A stretch of 64,000 bases of DNA from Flavobacteriales bacterium. GTDB lineage: Bacteria; Bacteroidota; Bacteroidia; Flavobacteriales; UBA7312. Position 1 is the first letter of the stretch, and each line of letters begins with the position of its first letter. Of this stretch, positions 56,724 through 64,000 are shown piece by piece. The stretch is from positions 7,596 to 71,595 of the forward strand of contig JAQWJZ010000018.1 in NCBI GenBank assembly GCA_029248105.1, given 5' to 3'. A program made the position numbers and the translations under genes. The notes below the pieces were generated by a model. That model was given only the letters and a program-made list of their open reading frames with translations, searched no databases and was not told the DNA's origin.

Positions 56724-58198
56724 GTAAAACTGAAAAAGTTGTAGTAATTGGAGCAGGAATTGGGGGATTAGCTACAGCTATTCGATTATCTATTAAAGGA
56801 TATTCTGTAGATGTCTTTGAGTCTAACCCATATGTTGGAGGTAAATTATCCCAAATTAATTCTAATGGTTTTCGTTTTGATGCGGGGCCTTCATTATTCA
56901 CGATGCCTGAACTTGTCGATGAACTGTATCGTTTAGCAGACAAAAATCCAAGAGATTTTTTCAATTATCAACGCTTAGATGAAAGTTGTAGATATTTTTA
57001 TCCCGATGGCACTTTCTTGAGAGGTTTTTCTGATATAAATAAGTTTGCTGAAGAATCTGCCAAGCAAACAGGTGTCCGTTCTGAAGATGTCAAAAATCAT
57101 CTAAAAAAAAGCGCCTATATTTATGATGCTACAGCTTTCATCTTTCTTGAACGCTCATTACATAAATTAAAATCTTATTGTTCTTTCAAGGTCTTAAAAT
57201 CCTTTCTTAAGTTGCCCTTTTTGGGTTTGTTTTCAAGTATGCATTCTGCCAATTTCAAAGCATTGAAAAATGAAAAAATGACTCAGTTATTTGATAGATA
57301 CGCCACCTACAACGGTTCTAATCCTTATGTGGCACCGTCAATACTTAATATTATCCCTCATCTTGAATTCAATAAAGGGGCTTATTTTCCGAAAAATGGC
57401 ATGTATTCCATAGCTAATTCTTTATTTGAATTGGCTCAATCTTTGGGTGTAAGGTTTCATTTGAGTACAAAGGTTACCAAAATATTAGTAAAGGATAAAA
57501 AAACTATAGGAGTAGAGATTAATGGTGAAAAAGTAATGTCGGATTACGTAGTATCAAACCTAGATGTTTATTTTGTCTATGATACATTACTCAAAGAGTA
57601 TAAAAAACCCATGAAAATATTAAAACAAGAGCGTTCTACGTCGGCTCTGATTTTCTATTGGGGTATGAACAAATCCTTTGAAAATTTGGACTTACATAAC
57701 CTATTTTTTTCTGATGATTATAAGGCAGAGTTTAATGCATTACAAGATGGAAAAGACATTTATTACGACCCTACAGTATATGTCAATATTACTTCAAAGA
57801 AAAATAAATCTGATGCCCCTGAAGGTTGTGAAAATTGGTTCGTGATGATTAATGTTCCTGCTAATAAAGGACAGGATTGGGATAGTCTAATCGCAAAAGC
57901 CAGAATAAATATTTTGCAAAAACTGTCAAAAGAATTGCAAACAAATATAGAATCTCTTATCTTAACGGAGGAAATTTTAGAACCAAGAACGATTGAATCT
58001 AAAACGGCATCTTATCAAGGCTCGCTTTATGGTACAGCTTCTAATAATAAGATGGCAGCTTTCTTTCGTCATTCTAATTTTTCTAATGATATTAAAGGCC
58101 TATATTTTTGTGGTGGAAGCGTTCATCCTGGTGGTGGAATACCATTAGCACTGTCTTCTGCTAAAATTATAGATGGCTTTTTTGAATCACTTAACTAA
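56714..58198 (+). CDS. crtD: Phytoene desaturase-family carotenoid 3,4-desaturase (CrtD-like)
   Basis: VVVIGAGIGGLATAIRLSIKGYSVDVFE, and C-terminal LYFCGGSVHPGGGIP. It is a paralog of crtI. Confidence 0.75.
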   Translation: MCVSKTEKVVVIGAGIGGLATAIRLSIKGYSVDVFESNPYVGGKLSQINSNGFRFDAGPSLFTMPELVDELYRLADKNPRDFFNYQRLDESCRYFYPDGTFLRGFSDINKFAEESAKQTGVRSEDVKNHLKKSAYIYDATAFIFLERSLHKLKSYCSFKVLKSFLKLPFLGLFSSMHSANFKALKNEKMTQLFDRYATYNGSNPYVAPSILNIIPHLEFNKGAYFPKNGMYSIANSLFELAQSLGVRFHLSTKVTKILVKDKKTIGVEINGEKVMSDYVVSNLDVYFVYDTLLKEYKKPMKILKQERSTSALIFYWGMNKSFENLDLHNLFFSDDYKAEFNALQDGKDIYYDPTVYVNITSKKNKSDAPEGCENWFVMINVPANKGQDWDSLIAKARINILQKLSKELQTNIESLILTEEILEPRTIESKTASYQGSLYGTASNNKMAAFFRHSNFSNDIKGLYFCGGSVHPGGGIPLALSSAKIIDGFFESLN

Positions 58199-58830
58199 TG
58201 AGTTGGACTAAGGAAAACATTGTAATTGTTATACTTTTTATCCTACATGCTGTAGGAGGGCTTGCTTTGTCATTTGAGTCGCTTAAGCCTTTATTTCTTT
58301 CTCTAACTCCAATGAATTTGACGTTATCTTTCCTTTTGTTGGTTTGGGCTAACAATGACTTTTCATTTAACTTCTACAAAGTTATCTCGTTTCTATTTAT
58401 TATCGGCTATCTTGTAGAGGTGTTAGGCGTTTATTCAGGCGTGTTATTTGGCGAATACGACTATGGAGCAACGCTCGGCTTTCAGCTTCTTGAGGTTCCG
58501 ATTATTATTGGAATAAACTGGATACTTTTAGCTGTGTCTTCTTTTGCGGTAAGCTCCTATTTTGTGACTAAGCCCATATATAAGATAGTACTTTCTTCAG
58601 TCATTATGGTGTTATTAGACCTAATGATTGAGCCTGTGGCAATACGCTTAGATTTTTGGCATTGGCAAGGTGGTGCTATACCAACTCAAAACTATATCAT
58701 GTGGTTTTTAGTGGCTATGTTCATGAATTGGATATTGAGTTTTAATCGAATAAAATTTAATGCTAAATTGGGTTTTGGCTTGATTATATCTCAAGTTTTA
58801 TTCTTTACCCTACAATCATTTAATTTTTAA
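58198..58830 (+). CDS. cruF: Carotenoid biosynthesis membrane protein (DUF422/CruF-like 1',2'-hydratase)
   Basis: 210 aa, ~6 TM segments. YDYG..LG, EPVAIRLDFWHW and the position between crtD and the lycopene cyclase fit CruF. Confidence 0.65.
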   Translation: MSWTKENIVIVILFILHAVGGLALSFESLKPLFLSLTPMNLTLSFLLLVWANNDFSFNFYKVISFLFIIGYLVEVLGVYSGVLFGEYDYGATLGFQLLEVPIIIGINWILLAVSSFAVSSYFVTKPIYKIVLSSVIMVLLDLMIEPVAIRLDFWHWQGGAIPTQNYIMWFLVAMFMNWILSFNRIKFNAKLGFGLIISQVLFFTLQSFNF

Positions 58831-58832
58831 TA

Positions 58833-59552
58833 ATGGAATTTTTAGAACATCATTTTTTCTATTTCATTTTAATGATTTTCTCTCTAGCTTATCCATTAGC
58901 TCAGAGTTTCGAAAGGCGAATAAATTATTACAGCAAGTGGTCTCGTCTTTTGCCCTCTATAATTGTGATGATGATATTGTTTATTCCATGGGATATCTGG
59001 TTTACTGATTTGTCAGTATGGCAGTTTAATAGTGATTATATCTGTGGAATAAAGTTTTTCCTATTGCCTTTAGAAGAATGGTTGTTTTTTATAATCATTC
59101 CATTTGCCTGTGTATTTATACATGAGGTGTTAAATTACTTTTTTAATAAGCAATTAGATTCAGGTAGCTATATTAAAATTGCATATTCTTTGGCCTGTAT
59201 ATTAGCCTTCTTTTCAGTTATTTACTCAGACAGATTATATACCCTTATATGCTTTAGCCTAACCTCACTTTCGCTTTTTATTTTGGCAATTCATAAGCCT
59301 AACTGGATAGGAACTTTTTTTAGAACCTATTTTGTTTCGCTGATTCCTTTTTTGATTATAAACGGCTTTTTAACTGGTAGTTTCAATGAAACACCAATCG
59401 TTAGTTATAGCTCAAGTCAGATAATTGGTCTTCGAATATTGAACATTCCCATTGAAGACAGTATGTACAATTTGTTGATGCTTTTAATAGTCATATCTAT
59501 TTATGAAAGAAAATCAACCTTAAATAGGATTGAAAATGTCATTTTCACTTAA
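58833..59552 (+). CDS. crtY: Lycopene cyclase, fused CrtYc/CrtYd (heterodimer-type) domain protein
   Basis: 239 aa polytopic protein with two repeats carrying PLEEW.FF / IPIED motifs. Confidence 0.75.
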   Translation: MEFLEHHFFYFILMIFSLAYPLAQSFERRINYYSKWSRLLPSIIVMMILFIPWDIWFTDLSVWQFNSDYICGIKFFLLPLEEWLFFIIIPFACVFIHEVLNYFFNKQLDSGSYIKIAYSLACILAFFSVIYSDRLYTLICFSLTSLSLFILAIHKPNWIGTFFRTYFVSLIPFLIINGFLTGSFNETPIVSYSSSQIIGLRILNIPIEDSMYNLLMLLIVISIYERKSTLNRIENVIFT

Positions 59553-59601
59553 AGCTGTAACAATTTTGTCTTGGTTAGTGTTGTTTTTACACTTTTTAGT
59601 A

Positions 59602-59609
59602 TATCTTTG
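59602..59609 (+). promoter_or_regulatory. -7 box TAnnTTTG upstream of pfkA
   Basis: tatctttg, 20 nt upstream of the first sense codons of the pfkA frame. Confidence 0.5.
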
Positions 59610-59629
59610 CTCAAAATATACATTAAGTT

Positions 59630-60601
59630 ATCAAAAAAATAGCAATCATAACTTCAGGAGGAGATTCTCCGGGCATGAACGCAGCACTTAGGAGTGTTGT
59701 TCGTTCTGCTAATTATCACGGCATAGAGTGTATTGGTTATTTTCGTGGTTATCAAGGAGTCATAGAAAATGATTTCAAGGTACTTGAAATGCGTTCAGTT
59801 AGTAATATTCTTGAGGTTGGAGGTACTGTTTTAAAGACCGCTCGTTCCTTAGATTTTCATAAAGCTGAAGTTCGAGAAAAAGCCTACAACAATTTAATTG
59901 CTTCTGGTGTAGAGGCGCTTGTCGTTATTGGTGGTAACGGTTCTATTACAGGAGCTAATGTATTTGCTAGCCAATTTGATTTTCCATGTGTTGGTATTCC
60001 TGCGTCTATTGATAATGATATTTATGGTACTGACAATTCAATTGGATTTCAAACCGCCCTACAAACTATAGTTGAATCTGTAGATAAAATTCGAGATACG
60101 GCCCGTTCTCACAATCGATTGTTTTTTGTTGAGGTAATGGGTAGAGATAACGGAAATCTAGCTCTTTATTCAAGTATTGCCTCTGGAGCATGCTTTGTTA
60201 TAATCCCAGAAAAGCAGTTCGAAATTAAAGATTTAGCAGAGCGTTTGAAAACAGGAAAGTCCTTGAGTAAATCGTCAAGTGTTGTTGTAGTAGCCGAAGG
60301 AAATAACCATGGGTCGTCCTACAAAATTGCTGAAGATTTAAAAGAAGTATTCGTTGAGTATGAGTCTAAGGTTACTATTCTAGGTCACCTTCAAAGAGGG
60401 GGCTCTCCAGTAGTTATGGATAGGGTCATAGCTAGTAGATTAGGCTTGTCGGCTATTCAGGCGTTAATGTCGGAAAACCACAAGCATATGGTAGGTATAA
60501 TTAAAAATGAAACGGTACTGATTCCTATGCAAGATGTGGTAGACAAAGAGAAAAAAATAAACGAAGATTTATATAAGTTAAACAAAATTATTTCAAGATA
60601 A
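59630..60601 (+). CDS. pfkA: ATP-dependent 6-phosphofructokinase (start assigned to a non-canonical ATC; the first ATG is at 59675)
   Basis: The frame upstream of ATG 59675 encodes (V)IKKIAIITSGGDSPGMNAA, the conserved PFK N-terminus. An in-frame TAA lies at 59624..59626. Downstream motifs are GIPASIDND and MGRDNG. Confidence 0.8.
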   Translation: MKKIAIITSGGDSPGMNAALRSVVRSANYHGIECIGYFRGYQGVIENDFKVLEMRSVSNILEVGGTVLKTARSLDFHKAEVREKAYNNLIASGVEALVVIGGNGSITGANVFASQFDFPCVGIPASIDNDIYGTDNSIGFQTALQTIVESVDKIRDTARSHNRLFFVEVMGRDNGNLALYSSIASGACFVIIPEKQFEIKDLAERLKTGKSLSKSSSVVVVAEGNNHGSSYKIAEDLKEVFVEYESKVTILGHLQRGGSPVVMDRVIASRLGLSAIQALMSENHKHMVGIIKNETVLIPMQDVVDKEKKINEDLYKLNKIISR

Positions 60602-60602
60602 A

Positions 60603-61613
60603 ATGACAAAAATTAAAGTAGCAATTAATGGATTTGGTAGAATCGGCAGAAATTTTTTCCGTCAGGCCCTAGAATCTGAAAACATAGAGGTCGTAGCAAT
60701 TAACGATCTTACAGATGTTAAAACATTAGCACATTTATTAAAGTACGATTCTACACACGGCGTACTAGCAAACCAAGTAAGCCCATCGGATAACAAGATT
60801 TTGGTTGATTCAACAGAAGTTCCTGTTTTTTCATGTCCAAACCCACAAGAATTACCTTGGAAAGATTTGAATGTGGATGTGGTTTTAGAATCTACTGGAA
60901 GGTTTTTGCAGAATGAACAAGCTTTGCAACATGTAATTGCTGGAGCCAAAAAAGTGGTTATTTCGGCACCTTCCCCTGATGCAAAAACAATAGTTTTAGG
61001 TGTGAACAATGAGGTTATTACCGAGGAAGATTTTGTGTTTTCAAATGCTTCTTGTACTACCAATTGCTTAGCGCCAATGGCAAAGGTAATTAACGACAAT
61101 TTTGGAATTAAATCTGGCTATATCACTACGACTCACGCATTTACGGCCGATCAGAGTTTGCAAGATATGCCTCACAAAGATTTGAGAAGAGCACGTTCAG
61201 CAATGAACTCAATTATACCAACAAAAACAGGAGCGGCTTCTGCTGTTGGTAAGGTATTACCTAGTTTGAATGGAAAGTTAGACGGTATCGCTTTACGTGT
61301 GCCCGTTGCATGTGGTTCAATAACTGATTTTATATGTGTTACAGAAAAAGAAACTAATGTAGATGAGGTAAATAATTTATTACAAGCTGCTGCTAATACT
61401 ACTATGAACGGAATTTTGGCAGTGAGTTCTGACCCATTAGTTTCAATTGATATTGTTGGTAGAAAAGAATCTTCAATTATTGATGCTGAGTTGACAAAAG
61501 TTGACGGGAATTTGATTAAATTAGTTTCTTGGTATGATAACGAGTCTGGCTATTCAGCACGACTAATTGATTTATGTTCAATCGTTACTGAACAAGCACT
61601 AACAAAAATTTAA
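60603..61613 (+). CDS. gap: Glyceraldehyde-3-phosphate dehydrogenase, type I
   Basis: INGFGRIGR, the NASCTTNCLAP active site and WYDNESGYS. Confidence 0.95.
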   Translation: MTKIKVAINGFGRIGRNFFRQALESENIEVVAINDLTDVKTLAHLLKYDSTHGVLANQVSPSDNKILVDSTEVPVFSCPNPQELPWKDLNVDVVLESTGRFLQNEQALQHVIAGAKKVVISAPSPDAKTIVLGVNNEVITEEDFVFSNASCTTNCLAPMAKVINDNFGIKSGYITTTHAFTADQSLQDMPHKDLRRARSAMNSIIPTKTGAASAVGKVLPSLNGKLDGIALRVPVACGSITDFICVTEKETNVDEVNNLLQAAANTTMNGILAVSSDPLVSIDIVGRKESSIIDAELTKVDGNLIKLVSWYDNESGYSARLIDLCSIVTEQALTKI

Positions 61614-61618
61614 TAAAA

Positions 61619-62035
61619 ATGAGTAAGATAGCAGTAATAGCCCACGACAACTTTAAGCCTAATCTCTTAGAATTTCTAAAGAGCAAAAAATCATGGTTTT
61701 TTGGTAGAGAAATTGTTGCCACAGGTAGAACTGCTGATTTCTTAGAAGAAGGAGAACTAAACTTACCATTATTTCACGTTAATAAAGGATCTGATGGTGG
61801 TTACCTTCAGATTACAGAAATGATAAAAAAAGGCGAAGTAGGTATTGTATTCTTTTTTAGAGATGCAACTATCGTACAACCTTATCATGAGGATATTAAC
61901 CAACTGCTTAATACCTGTGATTTGGAAAACATTCCATTGAGCACGAATCAAGCAGGTGCAGAATTGCTAATCATTGGCAAAATAAGAATGGAAGCTTCTC
62001 AAGAGGTCCAATCCAAACTTAATTCGAATCAATGA
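61619..62035 (+). CDS. Methylglyoxal synthase-like domain protein (divergent paralog; catalytic Asp position is Tyr)
   Basis: IAVIAHDNFK, VATGRTADFL, KGSDGGYLQI and YHEDINQLL align to MgsA, but GGD is replaced by GGY. Confidence 0.65.
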   Translation: MSKIAVIAHDNFKPNLLEFLKSKKSWFFGREIVATGRTADFLEEGELNLPLFHVNKGSDGGYLQITEMIKKGEVGIVFFFRDATIVQPYHEDINQLLNTCDLENIPLSTNQAGAELLIIGKIRMEASQEVQSKLNSNQ

Positions 62036-62397
62036 AGATAGCTATAATAGCACATGATGGTACTAAAGACCGTCTTAGAGGATTTATACAGTCCAAATTA
62101 GATGTGATAAGCAATCACACCATAGTTTGTACAAAAAGCACCTCTAAAATTGTTATAGAATTTGATTTAGATGTTACCGCAGTAGAGTCGGGTCCACTAG
62201 GTGGAGATGCCCAAATTGCTGCTCAAATTGTAAGTAATGAAATAGAGGCTGTTCTTTTTTTAAGAGATCCTTTAGGGAAACACCCTCATGAACCAGATAT
62301 TAATATGCTGTTAAGATTATGCGATGTGTACCAAGTTCCACTTGCCACTAATTTTAAAACAGCAGAGATTTTATTAAACCATTTTAAAAGTCTATAA
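62032..62397 (+). CDS. mgsA: Methylglyoxal synthase
   Basis: IAIIAHDGTK, SGPLGGDAQIAAQI and KHPHEPDINMLLRLCDVYQVPLATN keep the MgsA catalytic His/Asp residues. Confidence 0.75.
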   Translation: MKIAIIAHDGTKDRLRGFIQSKLDVISNHTIVCTKSTSKIVIEFDLDVTAVESGPLGGDAQIAAQIVSNEIEAVLFLRDPLGKHPHEPDINMLLRLCDVYQVPLATNFKTAEILLNHFKSL

Positions 62398-62401
62398 TAA
62401 G

Positions 62402-63340
62402 ATGAAAGTAGTTGGCGTAGATATAGGGGGGACAAATACAGAGTTGGCCGTTGTTGATTTAGTAGAAGGCATTGTTAAAACAAGCTCTTTCAAAACAAAA
62501 GCAAGCGATTCGTTTGCCGAATACATAGGCAGTCTAACTCATCAAATAGAGGCATTAACACTAGAGTATAGTGTTGAAGCTATCGGTATAGGTGCGCCCA
62601 ATTATGATTCTAGTGCCGAAACTTTTTGTCCTGTAAATTTTCCTTGGGATGATTTGAAGCCTTTCAACTTAAAGGTTCATATAGAAGAAGTACTTAATAT
62701 ACAAACTCATTTAATTAATGATGCCAATGCATCAGCTATGGCTGAGAACCGTTATGGTGCAGGAAAAAAATATAAAGATTTTGCTCTAATAACAATTGGT
62801 ACAGGTCTTGGCGGTGGTATAGTTATTAATAATCAGCTATTTGAAGGTGCTTTTGGATATGCTGGAGAGTTCGGACACACTAAGATAGAAGGTTTAGACA
62901 GACAATGTAATTGTGGAGGTGTAGGCTGTCTTGAAACGGTTGTCTCTGCTAATGGGATTAAAAAATCTTACGCAGTCAATATGAAAGAGATAAAAAGTAG
63001 CGAGCCTACCCAAATCCCATCTGTAAAAGCCATTTTTGACAAAGCAAAAAATGGAGACACAAGATGTCAGGCTATTCTTGATTTTACATTTGAAAAGTTG
63101 GGACAAAAAATGGCAGACTTTATTCATATCTTGAATCCTCAAGCAATTATTTTCTGTGGGAATATTGCCAAATCAATGGGAGCCTATATGCCTATCATTT
63201 CAGGATTTTGTGAAGCACAATTACTGAATGATTTCAAAGGAAAAATCCATTATGGTGTTTCCGAATTATTAGATGATAGAATGAATGTTTTAGGGCCAGC
63301 ATCTTTAGCTTTTGCGAAGGCTGAAGAATTAGTTGGGTAA
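62402..63340 (+). CDS. ROK family sugar kinase (glucokinase-like)
   Basis: VGVDIGGTN, GAGKKYKDFALITIGTGLGGG and the zinc motif GEFGHT...CNCGGVGCLE. Confidence 0.85.
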   Translation: MKVVGVDIGGTNTELAVVDLVEGIVKTSSFKTKASDSFAEYIGSLTHQIEALTLEYSVEAIGIGAPNYDSSAETFCPVNFPWDDLKPFNLKVHIEEVLNIQTHLINDANASAMAENRYGAGKKYKDFALITIGTGLGGGIVINNQLFEGAFGYAGEFGHTKIEGLDRQCNCGGVGCLETVVSANGIKKSYAVNMKEIKSSEPTQIPSVKAIFDKAKNGDTRCQAILDFTFEKLGQKMADFIHILNPQAIIFCGNIAKSMGAYMPIISGFCEAQLLNDFKGKIHYGVSELLDDRMNVLGPASLAFAKAEELVG

Positions 63341-63350
63341 AACTAAATCC

Positions 63351-64000
63351 TTATTGTTGGTTGAATTTATATAATTCAGCAGGTTTGTGAGAAACGCCTT
63401 TTTGTTTTTCGTTAGTTTTTTCTAAAATCCCTTTACTGATAATTTGTTTTCTGAAGTTTCTCTTATCTAACTTTTCGTCTAGAATGATTTCATATAGCTC
63501 TTGCAGTTGCGATAAAGTAAATTTTCTAGGTAATAATTCTGAAGTTACTTCATGGTTGATTTCCCTTCTTAAAAATTGGATAGCATCATTAACAATTAAA
63601 TTATGATCAAAGGCCATTTCAGGCATATTTTCAATATTTGTCCAACAAACATCATGAGCAAAATAAGAAGCTTCAGGGTTATAGTCTTCCATTCTTACAA
63701 TTGATGCATATCCAACTGTTATTACTCTTTCGTTGGGGTTTGCTCTGAAGTTTTTAAGCCATTCTTTATCTTTTTCTTCTTGAACACGGCTTGGACTACC
63801 AAAGGTCTTAAATTGTTTCAAATATAAATTATCCAATTTGGTCAGGCTGTAAAGGATTCTATTGGCTGCTTGGTCTATGTCTTCATCTAACTCAATAAGA
63901 TCGCCAGGAATAGCAAACTGAGTTCTTTTTTGTTCATGTTTTGAAAAGGGGTCAACTTTTTTTTCAATTGTTAACACTTTTAATTTTTTTTCTGAGTCGT
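63351..64000 (-). CDS. Nudix-related transcriptional regulator (NrtR-like), N-terminus outside the window
   Basis: A degenerate Nudix-fold segment (FAIPGDLIELDEDIDQAANRILYSLT) plus a C-terminal winged-helix-like part (FTLSQLQELYEIILDEKLDKRNFRKQI). The frame stays open to base 64000. Confidence 0.55.
   Translation of the reverse strand, partial: DSEKKLKVLTIEKKVDPFSKHEQKRTQFAIPGDLIELDEDIDQAANRILYSLTKLDNLYLKQFKTFGSPSRVQEEKDKEWLKNFRANPNERVITVGYASIVRMEDYNPEASYFAHDVCWTNIENMPEMAFDHNLIVNDAIQFLRREINHEVTSELLPRKFTLSQLQELYEIILDEKLDKRNFRKQIISKGILEKTNEKQKGVSHKPAELYKFNQQ

Noticed and set aside
1-64000. Search for tRNA/rRNA genes, CRISPR arrays, IS elements, integrases, phage or defence-system genes and riboswitch-like conserved cores (for example a B12 box near carH or the TonB-dependent receptor)
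   Set aside because: Nothing convincing was found. The intergenic regions are short and AT-rich. The only structured GC-rich segment is the 23482..23633 element reported above. A covariance-model scan (Rfam/tRNAscan) would be needed to exclude small RNAs formally.

Overview
This is a low-GC chromosomal window that looks like Bacteroidota, probably a flavobacterium. Supporting signs are the 3' part of the T9SS translocon gene sprA, a substrate with a T9SS C-terminal sorting domain, and exact TAnnTTTG -7 promoter boxes upstream of many genes. I call about 70 CDS. I saw no rRNA, tRNA, CRISPR array, transposase, integrase or phage genes. Layout: (1) 1-6.2 kb holds sprA, gcvH, vanZ-like, tonB-like and deoC. 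(2) 6.2-15.9 kb is a Wzx/Wzy-type polysaccharide locus with two paralogous sulfotransferases. (3) 16-20.1 kb is a haem O synthase and cytochrome c oxidase accessory cluster. (4) 20.1-24 kb holds tolC, a hlyD-like adaptor and tsaB, followed by a GC-rich nested palindromic element. (5) 24-31 kb is housekeeping (YyaL-like thioredoxin protein, M20 dipeptidase, gpmI, dps). (6) 31-34.3 kb holds a frameshifted cytochrome b561 and a porin / FMN-binding / 4-TM module. (7) 34.3-59.6 kb is the most interesting part, an apparent photoprotection island. It holds a CarH/LitR-type MerR-B12 photoreceptor-regulator with intact Wx9EH and ExHxxG motifs. A 34-bp palindrome, TTTGTATAA-N16-TTATACAA(A/G), occurs three times, each time in a divergent promoter region. 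The flanking units are a PTPS-folE-crtI-crtB-idi-crtZ operon, an SDR + MMPL-like transporter pair, a cupredoxin-3xFAS1-T9SS protein, the regulator itself, and a ~12-kb, 12-gene string. That string carries a cryptochrome/photolyase, DUF2256, phr, crtD, cruF, crtY, a TonB-dependent receptor and others. (8) 59.6-64 kb is a glycolytic cluster (pfkA with no canonical start codon, gap, two MGS-like paralogs, ROK kinase) and a partial Nudix-type regulator. All family assignments come from reading motifs in the translations. No database search was run.
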